Part shown: in pieces, positions 60,334 to 64,000 of the stretch
Layout of the letters: each line of letters opens with the position of its first letter
Position numbering within the stretch: position 1 is the stretch's first letter
DNA from: Scenedesmus sp. PABB004
Taxonomy: Eukaryota
Assembly: GCA_014905635.1 (NCBI GenBank)
Contig: CM026547.1
Location: 434,001 to 498,000 of the forward strand
Direction of reading: 5' to 3'
Length of the DNA: 64,000 nt
The notes under the pieces: generated by a model
Databases searched by the model: none
Seen by the model: only the letters and a program-made list of their open reading frames with translations
Told to the model about the DNA's origin: nothing
Translations under genes and position numbers: made by a program

Positions 60334-61679
60334 CCACGCGCCATGCGCCAACAGCGAACGAGCAGCCCCCGACTCCGTTTCCGATCAATTGCATAAGGCC
60401 GGCTGTGAGTGGGGGGAGCGTGCTGGGCCGTGAGCAGGGGGTGCGTGCAGGGGGGCCATACGTAAACATTGATTGGTAATGCTGAAGTATGTACCGGCAC
60501 GCACACAGTAAGTACCACAACAGCTGACCAAAGGGGGAGGGGTGCGCCAACATGATGACGATGCCTGCAGGCAGCTGCCGGCGCGCGCATGGGGGCAGCT
60601 GCGCGCCGCGCGTGCGCAAGCTTATTCAGGGTGGTCGCCGCCACCTTTGGTTGATTGACCGCCAAATGAGGGCCTTCTCCTCCTCCTTCCTGCCTAGCCT
60701 CCCTGGGAGCTCGCCGTCCGCCGGCCTGCCAGTTTTATGGGTGTTTCGGCGACGCGCCCGCACAGCGCAGGGGCGCGCGCTCGCGTGCGTTGGGGGCGCT
60801 GGCAGCTGCACCCCAGCCCCGCCGCAACATGGTAAAGCAACCGGGCCTGCCCGCATCCTGTTTGTGCGTGCGCGCGTGCCGTTGCGCCTGCAAGTGACAT
60901 CATCAAGAGGGGCGGCCGTAAAGCGCCACGCTCCGTGCAGGCGCAGCCTGCGCCTGCGTTTTTCGATTCGCCAGCCACAATAGCATCTGAAGTGGAGCGC
61001 CACACCAGGGCACCTTGCAGCCGGTGCAGTGACGCCTGGCTGCCAGGGGTGGGAGGGTGCGCAGCCGAGCCGAGCCGAGCCGACCAAGCAACCACCCTAG
61101 ACCGAAGGCGCACCAGCCGCTCCGACAAAAGAAACAAAAGAGACAGTGAGGCTCGCAGTGCGCCGGCGCCCGCGTGCGGGGGCGGGGTTTCGGCCACGAC
61201 GCGCAGGTGCACTGCGGGCTGTGTGCGGCGGAGCCGGCGGGGCAGGGCAGAGCCCTGCCCGGCCAGACCCCTCTGTGCGCAGTGCGCAACAACAACGCAG
61301 AGTGAGCAAAGCGCCGGGTCAAGTGCCTGACTGTGTTTGCTAAACGCACAAAAGGTGCTTTATTACTGAGCCGTCCGTGTGCCTGCCTGGCTGGCGCGTG
61401 CCGTGCGCCCCTGGGCAGTGAACAGAAGAGAAACAAGCCACGAGACACCCATCACGGTCGCTTCCGTGCGTTTCTAGACTGGACCAGACACCGGTGAAGC
61501 TCTGAAGCCCACGCCGCGGCCGGCGGGGTCGAGGTCCGGGGGCGGGCGCGCGCGCGCGCCCGGCAGGCGCGCGCTGCGCGCGCGACCGCCCGCGCAGGCT
61601 CGACGCGGCGCCGGCAGGCGCGCCGCGGAGCGCGCGGGCGGCGCGCCGCCGCTTATTGTGCTCCTCCAACCCCGCCCGC

Positions 61680-64000
61680 TCAGCGCGGGCAGGTGCTGGG
61701 GCAGGCGTTGAACGTGCCGACCACGTACGGCGCGCAATTCTGGATGGCGCTGTTGCTCCGGCAGCCCTTGGGCAGGGCGTAGGGCCCCGCGGTGATGGTG
61801 GCAAACGCGGGTTCGTTCTTGTTGAACGAGCCGTCGTGCAGGGCAAGGAAGACCTCGTTGCCGTTCTTGAGCCCGCCGAGCACCAGGTCCTGGCTGTAGG
61901 CGATGCCCTCGACCTTGGCGCACGTCGCGCCCGCGCCCGTGACGCCGGCGGCGACCCAGGAGAGCGCCGTCTTCTGGCACTTGCCGTTGAGGAACGGAAT
62001 CTTGATGGCCATGCGCCCGACGCAGTTGGTGCAGGTCGCGACCACGCTGCCGGGCTGCAGGAACCACGCGCGGGCCACGCTGGCGGACGGGCACTCGCCC
62101 TTGCCCGCGCACGCCGCCTCCACCTGCGGCACGTGCGTGCGTGCGTGCGGCGGGCGGCGAGGGTTGGCGGCGCGGCACGCTGAGCGTGCGCCCCAGCCAC
62201 GGGGCTGCCGCGGCCAGCACAGCAGGCGCGACGCCGCCGCCGCCGCGCCCACCTGGCAGGGAATGGTGAGCGCGTCGGTGTCGCTCGCCGTCTTGCCGCC
62301 GGACGTCACGACCGACACGCCCACGGTCGCGCCGACAGACGCGCCCACGCCGCAGATGCCCGCGGGCAGCGCGACGCTGGCTGTGCACGTCACGCTCGCG
62401 CCGGGGGCCAGCGGGCCGAGGGTGGCGCATGTCATTGGCACCGCCGCGAGGGTGCCCACGTTGAGGCTGGGCGGCGATGAGGCGGTCCAGGCGGTGTTGG
62501 CGCCGGCCGGGTTGGTCACGAGCGCAGAGTAAACAACCGTCCCTGCGCGGCGCGGCCGGCGGGGCGCGCGTGAGTGGGCGCGGGGCCTCGCGGCGCAGCG
62601 CCAGCGCGGGGGCGCGCGGCGGGCACGCCCGCGTCAGCCCTGCAAGCGCACCCGGTGCGGCGGCAGAGATGCTCGTGGTGGTGGAGGTGAGTGCAATGTC
62701 CACCTGCGGCCGCACGTCCATGGTCACAGTCTGGCTGACCGGCCGCTCCAGAGTCACGTCGCCCGTCTGGCCAGGTGTCAACGACGTGGCCGCGGCGACG
62801 ACGGAGCAGCCGGCCGCGGCGCCGCTGATGGTGAGGTCGACCGACAGCGGGCTGCCCGACTCAAACGCCGCGGCGCTGACCGTCGTGGCGATCTTGCAGC
62901 TCACGCTGCCGCCGGGCGCGGCCGCGCCGGCGAGGCTGCAGCCGGTCAGCGTGCGCGAGGCGGTCAGGCCGGTGAGGCGCCAGTTGCCATTGTTGGTCAC
63001 CGTGACGTCGCACTCGACCGGGCCGGCTGCGGCAGCGGGGGCGGCGGACGGCGGGCGGCCGTGCGTGAGCGAGCGGGCCCCCCGGCGCGCAGCCGCGAAG
63101 CGCCGCCAGCCCTCGCTGAAGCTCGAGCCCCTGGTGCCAGGCGCCCGAGCCCCTGGCAGTGCACGCGCGCGCCGCACCCGCGCTGATGGAGGTCGGGCAG
63201 ACCATCGACACCGCGAGCCCGGTGGCGCAGGTCGCGGTCACCGTCTCGGCCGCCGTGACGGGCGCGGGCAGCGTGGGGCTGGTGGCGGTCGCGGTGTTGA
63301 TGTGCCCCGCGGCGGCGCCCTCCATCGCCGCCTGGTCAAACGTGATGGACCCGGTGCACGTCAGCACCGCGCCAGGCGCGAGCGCGGCCGGCTGCGCGGG
63401 CGTGCAGGCGAGGCTGGGCACGCGCGGGTCGGCGATCGCCACGCTGGTGAGGCCCACGTTGCCCACGTTGGTCGCGACGATGGTGTAGGACACGACGCCT
63501 GCGCGCGGCGGCGGGCGGCGCGGAGCGACGCGGGCGCATGGGCGGCGGCGCGGGCACCGAGCGCGCGGGCGGCAACGCAGGCGCGGGCGGCCGCGCACGC
63601 GCGCGCGCGCGCGCGCGCGCGCGCACCTGGCGCCGAGAGCGTGGTGGTGTTGGCGGTCTTCTCCAGCTGCAGCGCGGGCGACTGCGCGGCGGCGGCCACT
63701 GCGTTGTCGGTGTCGAACACGGAGGGGCCGGCGTCGCCGCCCTCGGCGCCGCCCTCGGGCCGGGGCGGCTGCGCCCAGCTCGGCTCCGAGCCGGACACGC
63801 TGCCGGTGTTGACGATGCTGCCGGCGTCGATGTCGGCCTGCGCCACCGTGTAGCTGCCGCCGCACGTGAGCGTGGCGCCCACGGCGAGGTCCACGCCCGC
63901 CGCGCTCTCGCCGCACGCCGCGCCGGTCAGGTCAGGGATCATGGAGTCGGTCGGTGATCTTCACGCCAAAGAGCCTGAGAGGCAGGACGAGAGGAGGCAG
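61680..64000 (-). CDS. 3' part of a probably secreted protein with DUF11/DUF7507-type Ig-like repeats and a Cys-containing C-terminal domain; 5' end beyond the window; possible frameshift near 63950
   Basis: YTVAQADIDAGSIVNTGSVSG, PALQLEKTA, VSYTIVATNVGNVGLTSVAIAD, LAPGAVLTCTG, VTVTNNGNWRL. Confidence 0.78.

Overview
Very GC-rich (roughly 75-80% by eye), intron-dense eukaryotic nuclear DNA from a green alga. TGTAA poly(A) signals, short GC-rich introns, many GC-AG donors and plastid-targeted genes point to a chlorophyte, probably Selenastraceae (Raphidocelis/Monoraphidium-like; inference). Most ORFs in the supplied track are GC artefacts, so genes were rebuilt by hand from splice sites. About 19 genes were found: DUF726/TMCO4, DUF829/TMEM53, a CHUP1-like protein, a VCCN/BST-type bestrophin, RAB5IF, histidinol-phosphate aminotransferase, a C5orf34-like protein, an HSP20-like-domain protein, starch branching enzyme, ELIP, a BTB protein, PEX1, three secreted repeat proteins and several unknowns. 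Highlights: (1) a 2-exon nuclear gene with an I-CreI-like LAGLIDADG endonuclease domain (34097-35636), bounded by direct repeats and next to an inverted chimeric mosaic of fragments copied from neighbouring genes; (2) a one-nucleotide exon (11717) that the bestrophin gene needs to stay in frame; (3) a ~630-bp inverted duplication bracketing the bestrophin gene; (4) a secreted repeat polyprotein with an RxL motif at every unit boundary; (5) a tandem array of near-identical EGF exon+intron units.
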